From Macrostomum lignano (Eukaryota): 36,492 bases of DNA. This document shows positions 1 to 10,434 of the stretch, piece after piece; the first letter of the stretch is position 1, and each line of letters begins with the position of its first letter. The stretch covers positions 1 to 36,492 of the forward strand of contig NIVC01004739.1 of assembly GCA_002269645.1 (NCBI GenBank), given 5' to 3'. The notes beneath the pieces were generated by a model, which saw nothing but the letters and a program-made list of their open reading frames with translations, ran no database searches and had not been told where the DNA came from. The position numbers and the translations under genes were made by a program.

Positions 1-131
1 CGTGATTTGTTTAAATTGATGATTTCCGGTTATGAGTGCATTTTCTCTACGAGTGTCTACGTGTTCTTTACTGTATGCTTCTGTGAGTGCATCGCCTGCA
101 GTAAATGGGATTGTCAACTCGAGTGTCAGAA

Positions 132-680
132 AAACAGCAACAACAGCAACAACAACAACAACCACAACAATAACAGCAACAACAACAGCAACAAGTACAA
201 TAACAACAATAGCAGCAACAACAACAACAACCACAACAATAACAGCAACAACAACAGCAACAATTACAATAACAACAATAGCAGCAACAACAATTACAAC
301 AACAACAATAACAACAACAACAATAACAACAACAACAATAACAGCAACAACAACAGCAACAATTACAATAACAGCAACAACAACAGCAACACTTACAACA
401 ACAACAACAACAAAAGCAGTAATAACAACAACAATAACAGCAATAACAACAACAACAACAGAAACAACAACAATTACAATATCAACAGCAACGACAACAA
501 CAACATCAACAGCAACAACAACAACAAGAGCAACAACAACAACTACAACAAAAATAACAACAACGGGAACAACAGCAGCAACAACAACAGCAACAATAAC
601 AACAACAACAGCAACCACAACAACAACAATAACATTAACAAAACAACAGCAACAACAGCAGCAAAAATAACAACAACAAA
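132..680 (+). repeat. Degenerate (AAC)n trinucleotide microsatellite with AGC/AAT variants
   Basis: Continuous aac/agc/aat triplets. The poly-N and poly-T ORFs over it are by-products. Confidence 0.95.
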
Positions 681-807
681 AGATTTAACCTAGAAAAGTA
701 AGGTCATGCGGTCAGGGCGTGTCAGATGCCGCGTCGCTGCGGTGTCGCGCGTCCTGGCGTCGGAATGGAGTCTATAATTTAAAGCTCCGAGCTGCTAAGC
801 TTGTGGA

Positions 808-880
808 CAAGGACTACTAAAGTAGGAGGTATGGGAGACTAGGTTTCTATGAAAATTTAGGGAAGCAGGTTTTATCAAAA
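808..880 (+). mobile_element. Dispersed repeat family C, partial copy
   Basis: caaggactactaaagtagg...gtttctatgaaaattt...gcaggttttatc aligns by eye with copies at 5438-5582 (+), 3560-3720 (-) and the split copy at 6270-7372 (-). Confidence 0.5.
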
Positions 881-1528
881 AAAATTCTATAAAAAATGGC
901 ACGGCTACCTATTGGTTTTATAAATCTATTTTATCATTCTTGTATCTGCTTGTATCTGACGATGACTGTATCAATATGTATAGCAGAATGATAAACAAGT
1001 AGGCATCCCAATCCCACCAGACCCCCTCCTGACTCCTTTCTAACGCTTAAGCTGGTGTTGAATTTCAGCCAGTCGACTGCCAAACTGAATGTACAGTGTC
1101 GTCTTTTGTAAATTAATCCACAAATTAAATAAAACTTCACATATCGCGTGGCTATCCGTAAGCGGATGCTTTTATGATAAATATTGAAGACTACTACGAG
1201 TAAAGCTTAAAGACTTTGACGAGTATTTTAGAATTCAGCTTCAAAAACAACAAAAGACAAGAGACTATTACATGTTTCTGTGAATGATTTAGGATTAGCT
1301 AATTCACTGTTGACAAAAAAAGAGGTCGCTGAGCAACAGGTTCGTCAAGCGGTTTCTCTAGCGTTATTATAGAGCTGTTTTTTGCTACTGGTAAGAATAA
1401 ATGTCAGCTTAAACTACGATAGCATTAAATAAGTGTTTTCTCTCTAAAAAAGGGTTTTTAATTTGTTTGATTAATAAACTAATTTTTCTTCAACTCCGCA
1501 TCATTGAATTCACTGGCTCCTCGGCAGC

Positions 1529-2279
1529 TCAAACAAACGGCGACACACACTCGCACAGGACTCGAAATCTGTCCACCGATTCCCAGAAGTCAGCCAGGTT
1601 GTCCCAACGGTAATATCGGCCGATCACATTTTCTACGTGTGGCCCGTAGTTGTCCGGCTCCCTCGCGTTCCACAGGCTGTCGTCAACGGTGATGCTGCAG
1701 CCGACCCAGTACCAGCCGCCTCGCTTCTCGGTGCTGCCAGCCGCCTGGTGGCCACCGAGCCACATCGAAAATCCAGTGCTGTACTTGTTGTAGATCGTCT
1801 CCACGTGGCTCATCTCGGTGGCGTCTATAACGTCGGCCATGATCACCAGACCGCTCTCCGACTCGCACTTCTGCCTGCTCGGCCACCAGAAGTCCGCTCC
1901 ATTGAGCAGCTTGTACTTCACTCCGCACAGGTCATCTCCGTAGCCAGACGGACACAGCGCGCCCGCCTCGAGTCCCGGCTGCTGCTTCACAAACACCCGG
2001 CCTCTCCTGGAGCAGCCGCAGCTGGTCCCTCACCGACTTGCTGCACTTGTCGAACACAAACAGCTGGCACGGACCGTCAGCCAGGCTGAACGCCTGACAG
2101 CGCCGGTTGCGGCTGCACAGAGCGGCACAATGGATCTCTGACTTTACATCATTCATAGTTTTTGCGAAGGCCTCCTTGACGCAGAGATATCCGTCGATCG
2201 ATCTGTACGCAGATTGCTTTGACGTCAGCATTGTTGGCGACAAAACTAGCAGCAGACACAACTTTGCAATCGCTTTCAT
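1529..2279 (-). CDS. Secreted PAN/apple-domain + C-type lectin-domain protein, intronless, one apparent frameshift at ~1960-2030
   Basis: ORF 1932-2279 has a signal peptide (MKAIAKLCLLLVLSP) and a PAN core (HCAALCSRNRRCQAFS...PCQL). ORF 1529-1996 has CTLD hallmarks: CPSGY..C, QKCE, WLGG, WYW, W..EPDN, VLCE. The two overlap in adjacent frames. A TATA box lies upstream. Confidence 0.8.
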
Positions 2280-2373
2280 CTCTCGTGCATCGTTGGAATC
2301 CGTGCAGTGCTCAATGCATACTGGCTCAGCTTTATTCTTGAATAGAAATCATTAGTACGGTCGCTTTGCCTTG

Positions 2374-2380
2374 TTTTATA
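2374..2380 (-). promoter_or_regulatory. TATA box (TATAAAA) for the lectin gene
   Basis: ttttata on + reads TATAAAA on -, about 100 nt upstream of the ATG at 2279. Confidence 0.5.
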
Positions 2381-2887
2381 GCGAGGCTCCATGGTAACGT
2401 ACTGCTTGGGAATTTCTATTACCGCCATGCATCTGCAGTCGTCAATCCGTCGTGGACAAAAATGCTGAGATGCTTTGTATTCAATTTCAATTGAGTAGCT
2501 ATCCTTCCGTAAATGCAGACAGGCTTCCATGCACTTGAATAAACTTGATTGACATGCAGCAGTCTAGATGGAGGCCAGCAGACTTTAGGCCGTCAGTTAA
2601 TCGCTTTAAACTACTCGTACCTTCCCTTCATAGCTAAAAGCAGAAGGACGCGACACTGACAAATCGAGCTTCTGAAGTATCTGAATCGCAGATGAAGCAA
2701 TTGTGTGTTCTGCCTGAGGCGCACCCGCAAGGTTGTGTAGCCATTTATTTCATGAAATGCCACCGGTTACAAGCAAGCAAAGGTCCTGCCTCAGAATCTC
2801 AGAATCGTTCCTCTCTGTTCAATGTCTTTTTTGAGTGTTGCCCATTTTTCTAAATTTTGATTTTGCATACGCTCTTGGGAGTATGCA

Positions 2888-3115
2888 CCAACAATTTTGT
2901 CCTTTTGAGCAAGACACTTTACTCGATCTGTGTTGCTTCAGTTCACCCAGCTGTAAAATGGGTGCCAGCATCAGCTGGGGTAATTGAGGGTGTGTGTGGC
3001 GAACCCCAAGTCCTTGGACTGAACAGCCGTACGCAGCCTTCAGATGCGCCGCGCAATAGCTGCGGCTGAGCTGTCGGTGTCACATCTGCCCATTAGGGCA
3101 GGTGTATAAATCAAT
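2888..3115 (+). mobile_element. SINE family A (CORE-type), 5'-truncated copy
   Basis: gtccttttgagcaagacacttta...cagttcacccagctgtaaaatgggt plus the same 3' body as the 10435-10745 copy. Confidence 0.85.
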
Positions 3116-3559
3116 AAGTCGAATTCTAGACAAACTTGTGAGTTCATCTTGAACCAGACACGTGGTTATTTGTTTAATTCAATTTTGATTCCGAAGTCCA
3201 GAAGCGAAGATATTCGTAATTCCGTGCTAACAAAACTGAAAACAAATCTGTCTCGCTGATGCATTTCGCAGCGAAAGCAGCCCCCTTTAAAATGAAGGTT
3301 ATTATTTTGTCTTAAACAGCAGATTTTAAATCATATTGCACGTACGCACTGTACGATTGGGTAGACCAAATTGAACGCAGCTATTTCTAAATTGCTTTCT
3401 AATTTCTTCCAAGTCTATGGTCAAACCCTAAGTGCAGCTGACACGTCAGCCTGCTGGCTAGTTCGCACCAATTTGAACGCAGATTTCACCAAATAGAGCG
3501 CAAAAGGTATATCAACAGAGCTATGAAGGACACGCAGGTAGCTGCTATATCAAAAGATA

Positions 3560-3720
3560 ATCATTGGGTCTGCCGCCTGTCTTATCAAAAGCAAAAACAA
3601 TTTTTGTACTGAAAAAATGAGAACAACCTAGCTATCTCCGTAATGTATTTTTTCGGTAAAACTGATCTGCGTATTAAAATTTCCCAAGAAACTGTTTCTC
3701 GTCTTTCTACTTGAGTAGTC
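3560..3720 (-). mobile_element. Dispersed repeat family C copy
   Basis: Reverse complement gactactcaagtagaaag...ttttaccgaa...ttttcagtacaaa...gcttttgata...ggcagaccc matches 5438-5582. Confidence 0.65.
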
Positions 3721-4559
3721 ATTGGTACAACTTAGGTTAAGATATGATTGAACTTGTGGTCGAGGTGTTTTAAATTAAAGAAAGCAATCTATATTGGCTA
3801 AAACCGCCGAATTCAATCCTAACTTTACATGACAACACATATTGAGAGCTGTTTTAAGTCGCAATTTGAATGAAAATAATCTGCTATATACTTTTTAGGC
3901 CTCTGGAGTGTAGGATAAAAATAAAGCTACTCAAATCCGGGGTACCATGCGACAGCTGCAGTTCTATTCAGCATTTTGTGAACTGGCTGCACTATGGTAT
4001 GGTGTAGACCCACACATGCCATGGCAGTTTAAAATCAAGTTTATTTGCCCTACCCTAGCCCATGGGAAGGTAGGGGAATTAATTTAATGCATTTGCTGCT
4101 CAAGTTGCTCTATGGAAGCCAACTGATTTGACAACAATAGGGCTAAATCGCGGGTTTTAGCTTGAGTAGATTGGAGTCTCAGGGATTTAAGGGTAAACGC
4201 GTTTAGACCAGTGCATAGGCTCGTGAATAACTGCTTTACCTTCCTGTCTTCGGCCATTTTACGTCATTAAAAGAGGACCTCATTGAAAAACAACCAGCTA
4301 AAAACAAAACAAACAAACCAATTTACCAATGGAAATTTTTCACTGATACTTTTCTATTCAAGACGGAACCGTGCGGTATTTAGGTGAGAAATTTCCTGAA
4401 TTTGATTCAGTGACATGACTGCATGACTTTCTAATCATGTACACGACATGTACACGACATGGGGCGCGTCACGTTTGAACCATAGACAATATAGTTTTGC
4501 AAATTTCTCAGTGCCTTTTCTGTTGTGAAAACATTTTAAAGGGTTTATTTGCAAATAAT

Positions 4560-4655
4560 CCATAGAAATAAAGACTTTCCGTGACAATATTTGCGTTCTC
4601 CGGGATTTTATTTGGTAATATTCAATAATATCCCATAAAGTCTTTATGTCTATGG
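4560..4655. repeat. Small inverted-repeat (MITE-like) element
   Basis: ccatagaaataaagactt (4560-4577) and aagtctttatgtctatgg (4638-4655) are 17/18 reverse complements. Confidence 0.65.
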
Positions 4656-4670
4656 TTTATACGAGATTAC

Positions 4671-4757
4671 ACATGCCTTTTTCGGGAGTTATTTTCATAA
4701 ATCCCTCGGGCCTCAGGCCCTCGTGATTTATACAAATAACTCCCTCAAAAGGCATGT
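4671..4757. repeat. Long palindromic hairpin element
   Basis: 42-bp arms (acatgccttt...ccctcgggcc / ggccctcg...aaaggcatgt), 35/42 complementary, around a 3-nt loop (tca). Confidence 0.8.
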
Positions 4758-4988
4758 TTAATCTGATACGTAAGTTGTTGGATATGAGACACGCAAAAAT
4801 ATGCATTACCGGAAAGTCCATCGGGTAAAAATGGAACTGTCTATGGCAATACTGGGGTTTCAGTCAGCCCGATATGGCCACACAGTCAGTCAGTCATGGT
4901 AAAACTAGAACTTAACTTTAAGCAGCACAGATAATGTACAAGCAGTCACTTAGACTAGCCAACCAACAACAGCAATAATTTCACGATT

Positions 4989-5357
4989 ATGGGCAAGATT
5001 CACAAGATCCACCTTGTGCAGCCAATACACGACCAGTTGGATATCGTTGCTTTTCTATCCTATTCCTGCGGCATCGCGCTATTCTTCGTTCACGACTACA
5101 AAGTTCAGATTGGCGGCGTGGTTTTGCTAGCGGTGGCCCTGCTGATCCTGCCCACCTTTGCGCTTATCACCTTCCATTTGGAATATTTTCTGTCTGTTCG
5201 AAAGCAGCGCAAGAGGCTGCATTCGGAGGCGCAGCTGCTGGCACTGAGGCTGATGCAGCTGAACACCTGTCCGCCTGTGCAGGATTCTGCATTCCAGAAC
5301 GCTCTGACCAGACTGCAGACAGCTTCCACTGATGCCAACTTCGGTTTAGAGTTTTGA
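4989..5357 (+). CDS. Hypothetical 122-aa membrane protein with two predicted TM helices
   Basis: GC-richer ORF in AT-rich surroundings. Two hydrophobic stretches (IVAFLSYSCGIALFFV; IGGVVLLAVALLILPTFALITF) are followed by a basic stop-transfer (RKQRKR). Inr-like (TCAG)n lies just upstream. No family recognised. Confidence 0.5.
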   Translation: MGKIHKIHLVQPIHDQLDIVAFLSYSCGIALFFVHDYKVQIGGVVLLAVALLILPTFALITFHLEYFLSVRKQRKRLHSEAQLLALRLMQLNTCPPVQDSAFQNALTRLQTASTDANFGLEF

Positions 5358-5437
5358 GTTTAATCCTGTGTTAATCTGTTCAATGCTTAAACTCAAACTA
5401 TACATCTATCTAGCTTAATAGTAACGATAGAACAAGA

Positions 5438-5582
5438 CACAAGGACTACTCAAGTAGAAGGAGAAACTACGTTTCATGGAAAGTTTAAGGAGACAGGCTT
5501 TACCGAATACTTACGAAGATCGGAGGTTTTCATTTTTTCAGCACAAAGACTGTTATTGCTGTTGATAGGAGGCAGACCCAAA
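5438..5582 (+). mobile_element. Dispersed repeat family C copy
   Basis: caaggactactcaagtagaagg...ctttaccgaa...ttttcagcacaaa...ggcagaccc; homologous to 3560-3720 in inverted orientation. Confidence 0.65.
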
Positions 5583-5590
5583 TTTTCATC

Positions 5591-5950
5591 TTTTTTTTAT
5601 TAGAGGCAGGGGGTTGTGTGCACCCTGGCTCACTTTAAGCGACATAGGCACACAACCGGCGAGAGGCATTACTTCCCATTCCGCCGACTCTCCTGAGCAG
5701 GCATACAAGCGCGCGGATACGTACGCAGGCACACACTCACACAGGAGTGTACAGCGGCCCTAACTTTATATTATCGTTAGGCATGTACACTTCACTGCGC
5801 CTTGGGGGGTTGGCTCTCAAGGCCGTTAATTGCACGAGCAGAGCCAAGCCGAGATTCCAATTCAGCCCCAAATTAAAGTGACTGCACTTGGAATCGAGCC
5901 TGGGTCGCTGGCACACCAGAGCAGCTGCGCTACCGCTGGGCTACGGCCCC
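5591..5950 (-). mobile_element. SINE family B, full-length tRNA-derived copy
   Basis: The minus strand starts ggggccgtagcccagcgg (Pol III box A) and has ggctcgattcc (box B). It ends in ctaataaaaaaaa. The body matches 10085-10320 and 32095-32190. Confidence 0.85.
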
Positions 5951-6336
5951 CTTAATGTTTATCTTTTGATATGTCTTAACTTTCTTATAGGTCTTATTGA
6001 TATTTATAAAGCTTTTAGTTTAGCACGTTTCGATTCAAAGTTAATTTTATATCCTTGGCTTTACAAATAGCTATGCCAGCTGTGCCTAAAAATCATAAAA
6101 AATGACGCAGCTCGACTCGCTGGTTTTATAAATCTTATGTTTAGCTTATTGCTGGCAATGGATTTTGCCATCAATGAGACAATAATATTGACTACGCTAG
6201 GCTTTTCTTATAAATGTGCCTTTTATTTTTAACGAAAGCTCTACAAATAACAAACAATGGAGCTATAAGACTTTCGATCTGCCTTTTATCAAAAGCAATG
6301 AAAAAATGTTCTGAAAAACCCCATTTCAGTAAAACC

Positions 6337-7300
6337 CAGGGGCGTAGCCAGGAATTTTGATTGGGGGGGGGGCGTGAGTTAGGGGGCGCCAGCTTATTAT
6401 AGGGGGGGCGCCAGTTTCTTTTAGGGGGGGGGGCGGGTGCCAGTTTCTTTTAGGGGGGCGCCAGTTTCTTTTAGGGGGCGCCAGTTTCTTATAGGGGGAG
6501 CCAGTTTCTTTTAGGAGGGGGGGCGCCAGTTTCTTTTAGGGGGGCGCCAGTTTCTTTTAGGGGGGCGTCAGTTTCTTTTAGGGGGGCGCCAGTTTCTTTT
6601 AGGGGGGGCGCCAGTTTCTTTTAGGGGGGCGTCAGTTTCTTTTAGGGGGCGCCAGTTTCTTATAGGGGAAGCCAGTTTCTTTTAGGAGGGGGCGCCAGTT
6701 TCTTATAGGGGAAGCCAGTTTCTTTTAGGAGGGGGGCGCCAGTTTCTTTTAGGGGGGCGCCAGTTTCTTTTAGGGGGCGCCAGTTTCTTATAGGGGGAGC
6801 CAGTTTCTTTTAGGAGGGGGGCGCCAGTTTCTTTTAGGGGGGCGCCAGTTTCTTTTAGGGGGCGTCAGTTTCTTTTAGGGGGGCGCCAGTTTCTTTTAGG
6901 GGGGGCGCCAGTTTCTTTTAGGGGGGCGTCAGTTTCTTTTAGGGGGCGCCAGTTTCTTATAGGGGAAGCCAGTTTCTTTTAGGAGGGGGGGCGCCAGTTT
7001 CTTTTAGGGGGGGCGCCAGTTTCTTTTAGGGGGGCGTCAGTTTCTTTTAGGGGGCGCCAGTTTCTTTTAGGGGGCGCCAGTTTCTTTTAGGGGAAGCCAG
7101 TTTCTTTTAGGAGGGGGGCGCCAGTTTCTTTTAGGGGGGGCGCCAGTTTCTTTTAGGGGGGCGTCAGTTTCTTTTAGGGGGGCGCCAGTTTCTTATAGGG
7201 GAAGCCAGTTTATTTTAGGGGGGGGGGCGCCAAGCCAGAGTTGGTGATTATGGGGGGGGCCACGGCCCCCCTTGCCCCCCCCCCTCTGGCTACGCCCCTG
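6337..7300. mobile_element. Non-autonomous hAT-type DNA transposon carrying an internal minisatellite
   Basis: Perfect 15-bp TIR CAGGGGCGTAGCCAG / CTGGCTACGCCCCTG. Perfect 8-bp TSD GTAAAACC at 6329-6336 and 7301-7308; 8-bp TSDs are typical of hAT. Confidence 0.85.
6385..7230 (+). repeat. G-rich ~21-22 bp minisatellite (GGGGGCGCCAGTTTCTTTTAG), ~40 copies
   Basis: Direct tandem repeats with variable G-run length. Confidence 0.95.
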
Positions 7301-7659
7301 GTAAAACCTGCCTAATAAAAATATTCCAAGAAACGTATAGTTAGCCGTCCAACTTAAGTAGTCCTTGACCACAAAATCCCCACGATGCTGATCGTTTTTT
7401 GTCAGTGGACACTATTTCAGAAAAGTTTCAATAAAAAGTTTCATTCGTTAGTCGAAATCGTCATGCAAAAAAGCTTTGCATGATTTTTATAATCGATGCT
7501 TGAATATTAAACAAATGGAGTCGCATTGGAAAACGAACAGAGTGAATTTTATTTATGGCATGTCGCTGGCCTTCCTTAGAGTGCGCAGTTAATGTACATC
7601 TATGGATAGGGTTTGGCTGGCTCTTTAAAGAGCTTTTGTCGTGAAGTTTAACCATAGAC

Positions 7660-7976
7660 AACAATAATATTAATTGATTACGTGTACACCTGCCCTAATT
7701 AGGCCAGATGCGCGACCGATAGCTCAGCCGCAGCTATTGCGCGGCGCATCTGAAGGCTGCGTACGGCTGTTCAGTCCAAGGACTGGGGGGTCGCCACACG
7801 CCCCCTCAGTTACCCCAGCTAATGCTGGCACCCATTTTACAGCTGGGTGAACTGAAGCAATGTACATCCAGTTAAGTGTCTAGCTCAAGGACACAAATTG
7901 TTCCAAATTAGGATGGGATCATCGGGAATCAAACCCCCGACCTTCAAGTCGTGAGTACGGCACTCTAACCACTACC
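7660..7976 (-). mobile_element. SINE family A (CORE-type) copy
   Basis: Reverse complement of the 10435-10745 element, including the tRNA-like head (gtagtggttagag...ggtttgattcc) and AT-rich tail. Confidence 0.9.
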
Positions 7977-8720
7977 CTCTCTGCGATAGACAACGTAAGA
8001 CAACGAATATTTAAAGTATATTAATTTTGTAGTTATTGCAACTTCATGCTTGGTTTCCTACTAAAAGTAGACTATCTAGCACGTCTCTATTTTCTTCAAT
8101 TTTAAAAAGTTTTTTTTCTAACTTGGATTTGTGTCTTTTCTTTGCTTTTCTATGAACTACCTCATCAATTATATATCCAATGCTATTTATCCCTTTCATA
8201 ACTTCAGCTGCAGTCACAAATTGTTAAAATTATTCTTCAATTATTAAAGCATGATGCAGTTTCTGTTCCAAATAGCAGCCTCTTTTTTTTCTTCCTTAAT
8301 GAGGGAATGAATTTTGCTGTTAGCTGAACGACCTGCCTCTGAAGTGGAATAATAGATCCGGTATGTGAGCTTCTCGCGGTAATTCAAGAAGCCCATCTGC
8401 AGTCGAGTTGGGCCCTATTAAACCTTTGTTACCCGATAGTAGGTTGAGGATTTTGCTGGAAAGAAAATTCAAGCCGTGAATTGCAATTAAGATCGCTGTT
8501 TTGAGTAGCTGATGCAGCAGCAGCAGCTCATGTTCCCAGTTCCTGCTCTGCTTTCCTTCACAATGCAATTAATTTTATTCAAGGATAGAAGTTTCATTAA
8601 CGGATTTTGCATGGATCGTTGAAAGTGCAAGCTGCGCGCGGTTGTTCCTCTCTGAGCTCTACACGCCAGGTCGATGGGGGCCCTGAAGTACCTGCTGCTT
8701 GAAATAAAAAAATGGTATTA

Positions 8721-10024
8721 CGAGGGCTGAGCAATAAGTTTCCTGATGTGCATAGTTGAGAGGCGGCTGACAAAATCTGACACCATAGGTGTCAAGTACA
8801 TTATATAAGTACAATGTTTGTAAAGTTTCAGACGCACTGGTCATATATAGCCAGTGCAGCACCCAAACCAAGCTAGCATACCCACCCTATCTATCAAATT
8901 CACAATGGAGCTCAATAGGAGTCATTTTAGAGCAATGATTTATTACGATTTTAAAAGTGGTTTGCGGCAGCAAGAAAGTATTGAGCGATTGCGAGGAGCT
9001 TTTGGGGATGAAGCACCTTCTAGATCCACCGTTTTTGACTGGTTTGTTGAATTTCGACGCGGCAGGCAGAGTCTGGATGATGAGGAGCGCAGCGGCCGGC
9101 CTGTCTCCGCAACGACTGAGAATAATGTTGCTGCTGTCCGGGCCATGGTTGAGGATGATGCCCGAGTGACTGTGGCCCAGATAGAGGCAGAGGTGGGCAT
9201 CTCATCAGGATCCATCAGGACGATCCTGCATTCACAGCTCAACCTGAGCAAGATTTCTGCTCGCTGGGTGCCTCATCAGCTGGCTCCGGAGCAGAAGGAG
9301 GCTCGGGTGACCTGGTTCCGCACCATGCTCGACAGATTAACGGAGGCAGCTCAAACTCGATCTGGGATATTGTCAGTGGTGACGAGTCCTGGATCTATAG
9401 TTTCGACCCGGTGACTAAGCAGCAGTCGGCCCAGTGGACTCCAGTTGGCGGCACCCACCATCCAAGCTTCGGCGAGAGCGCAGCGTGGCAAAGCAGATGG
9501 TGGCCGTTTTTGTGGCGAAAACCGGTCACCTGGCCACGGTTCCACTTGTGCAGCAGCGCAGTCACCAGTGACTGGTACGCCAACATTTGCCTGCCAGAAG
9601 TTCTGAGCGCTCTCTCCAGGCGTCGCCCAAGGACCCGAGCTCGGGGCATCCTTCTCCATCACGACAACGCCCCGGCCCACAAAGCTCGACAGGTGGCGGA
9701 GTTCCTGGCCGGAGAGCACATTCAAGAGCTCGGTCATCCACCACAGCCCCGACCTGGCCCCCTACGATTTTTTTGTGTTTCCACAAATCAAGCGCAGGAT
9801 GTGTGGAATCCACTATGGATCACCAGAAGCTGCAGTGGAGGCCTTCATCCGGCATGTGGAGGAGGTGCCTGCTTCAGATTGGTCCAGCTGCTTCAGCAAG
9901 TGGTTTGAGCGCATGAAAATTTGCATCGAATCTGCGGAGAGTACTTTGAAAAGATGTAACTGTTTTTTTCTCTCTAACTATTTTTCTGTCTGGGCACATC
10001 CGGAAACTTATTGCTCAGCCCTCG
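8721..10024 (+). mobile_element. Full-length mariner (Tc1/mariner) transposon, 1304 bp
   Basis: 31-bp TIRs CGAGGGCTGAGCAATAAGTTTCC(T/G)GATGTGC at 8721-8751 and 9994-10024 (1 mismatch). TA at 8719-8720 and 10025-10026. Confidence 0.95.
8905..9959 (+). pseudogene. Mariner DD34D transposase, interrupted by ~5 short indels
   Basis: MELNRSHFRAMIYYDF... HTH region, WVPHQL, SGDESW, LHHDNAPAH, SPDLAPYD and ...EYFEKM* are recovered by frame switches near 9336, 9465, 9560, 9742 and 9935. Confidence 0.9.
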
Positions 10025-10084
10025 TATTGCCAATGATTCCCCTGCACTTAATCACCGGGCTTACATGTAGTTCTAGCTCACGTA

Positions 10085-10320
10085 CTTTCGGGCCAGACTG
10101 GAATCTCGGCTTGGCTCTGCTTGTGCAACTCACGCTCTTGAAGGCCAACCCCCAAGTGTACATGCTTTACGATAAATAAAGTTAGGGCCGCTGTACACTC
10201 CTGCGTGAGTGTGTGCCTGTGCGTATGACTGCGTACGTATCCGCGCGCTTGTGTGCCTGCTTATTGGAGTCGGCGGAATGGGCAGTAATGCCTCTCGCCG
10301 GTTGTGTGACAATGTCGTTT
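10085..10320 (+). mobile_element. SINE family B copy lacking the tRNA head
   Basis: ggaatctcggcttggctctgc...gaaggccaacccccaa...gggccgctgtacactcc...aatgcctctcgccggttgtgtg matches the reverse complement of 5591-5950. Confidence 0.85.
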
Positions 10321-10434
10321 AAAAGTGCGTCAGTGTAAAATGTTGAACATTTCCCTAAAGCAAAGCAATATTCTGCAGAAATTTACACGACTTTCGAGTG
10401 TAAGTGTCCTCCCACACTGTTAGGCATTGGCATT

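Noticed and set aside
7-693. 228-aa Asn-rich and 212-aa Thr-rich ORFs
   Set aside because: Translation of an (AAC)n microsatellite with no domain; open frames are expected from stop-poor triplets.
8320-8568. 82-aa minus-strand ORF
   Set aside because: Non-ATG start, no domain, and no supporting splice structure.
8690-10090. Mariner inserted into SINE family B
   Set aside because: The missing SINE head is not present to the left of the mariner, so adjacency does not show nesting.
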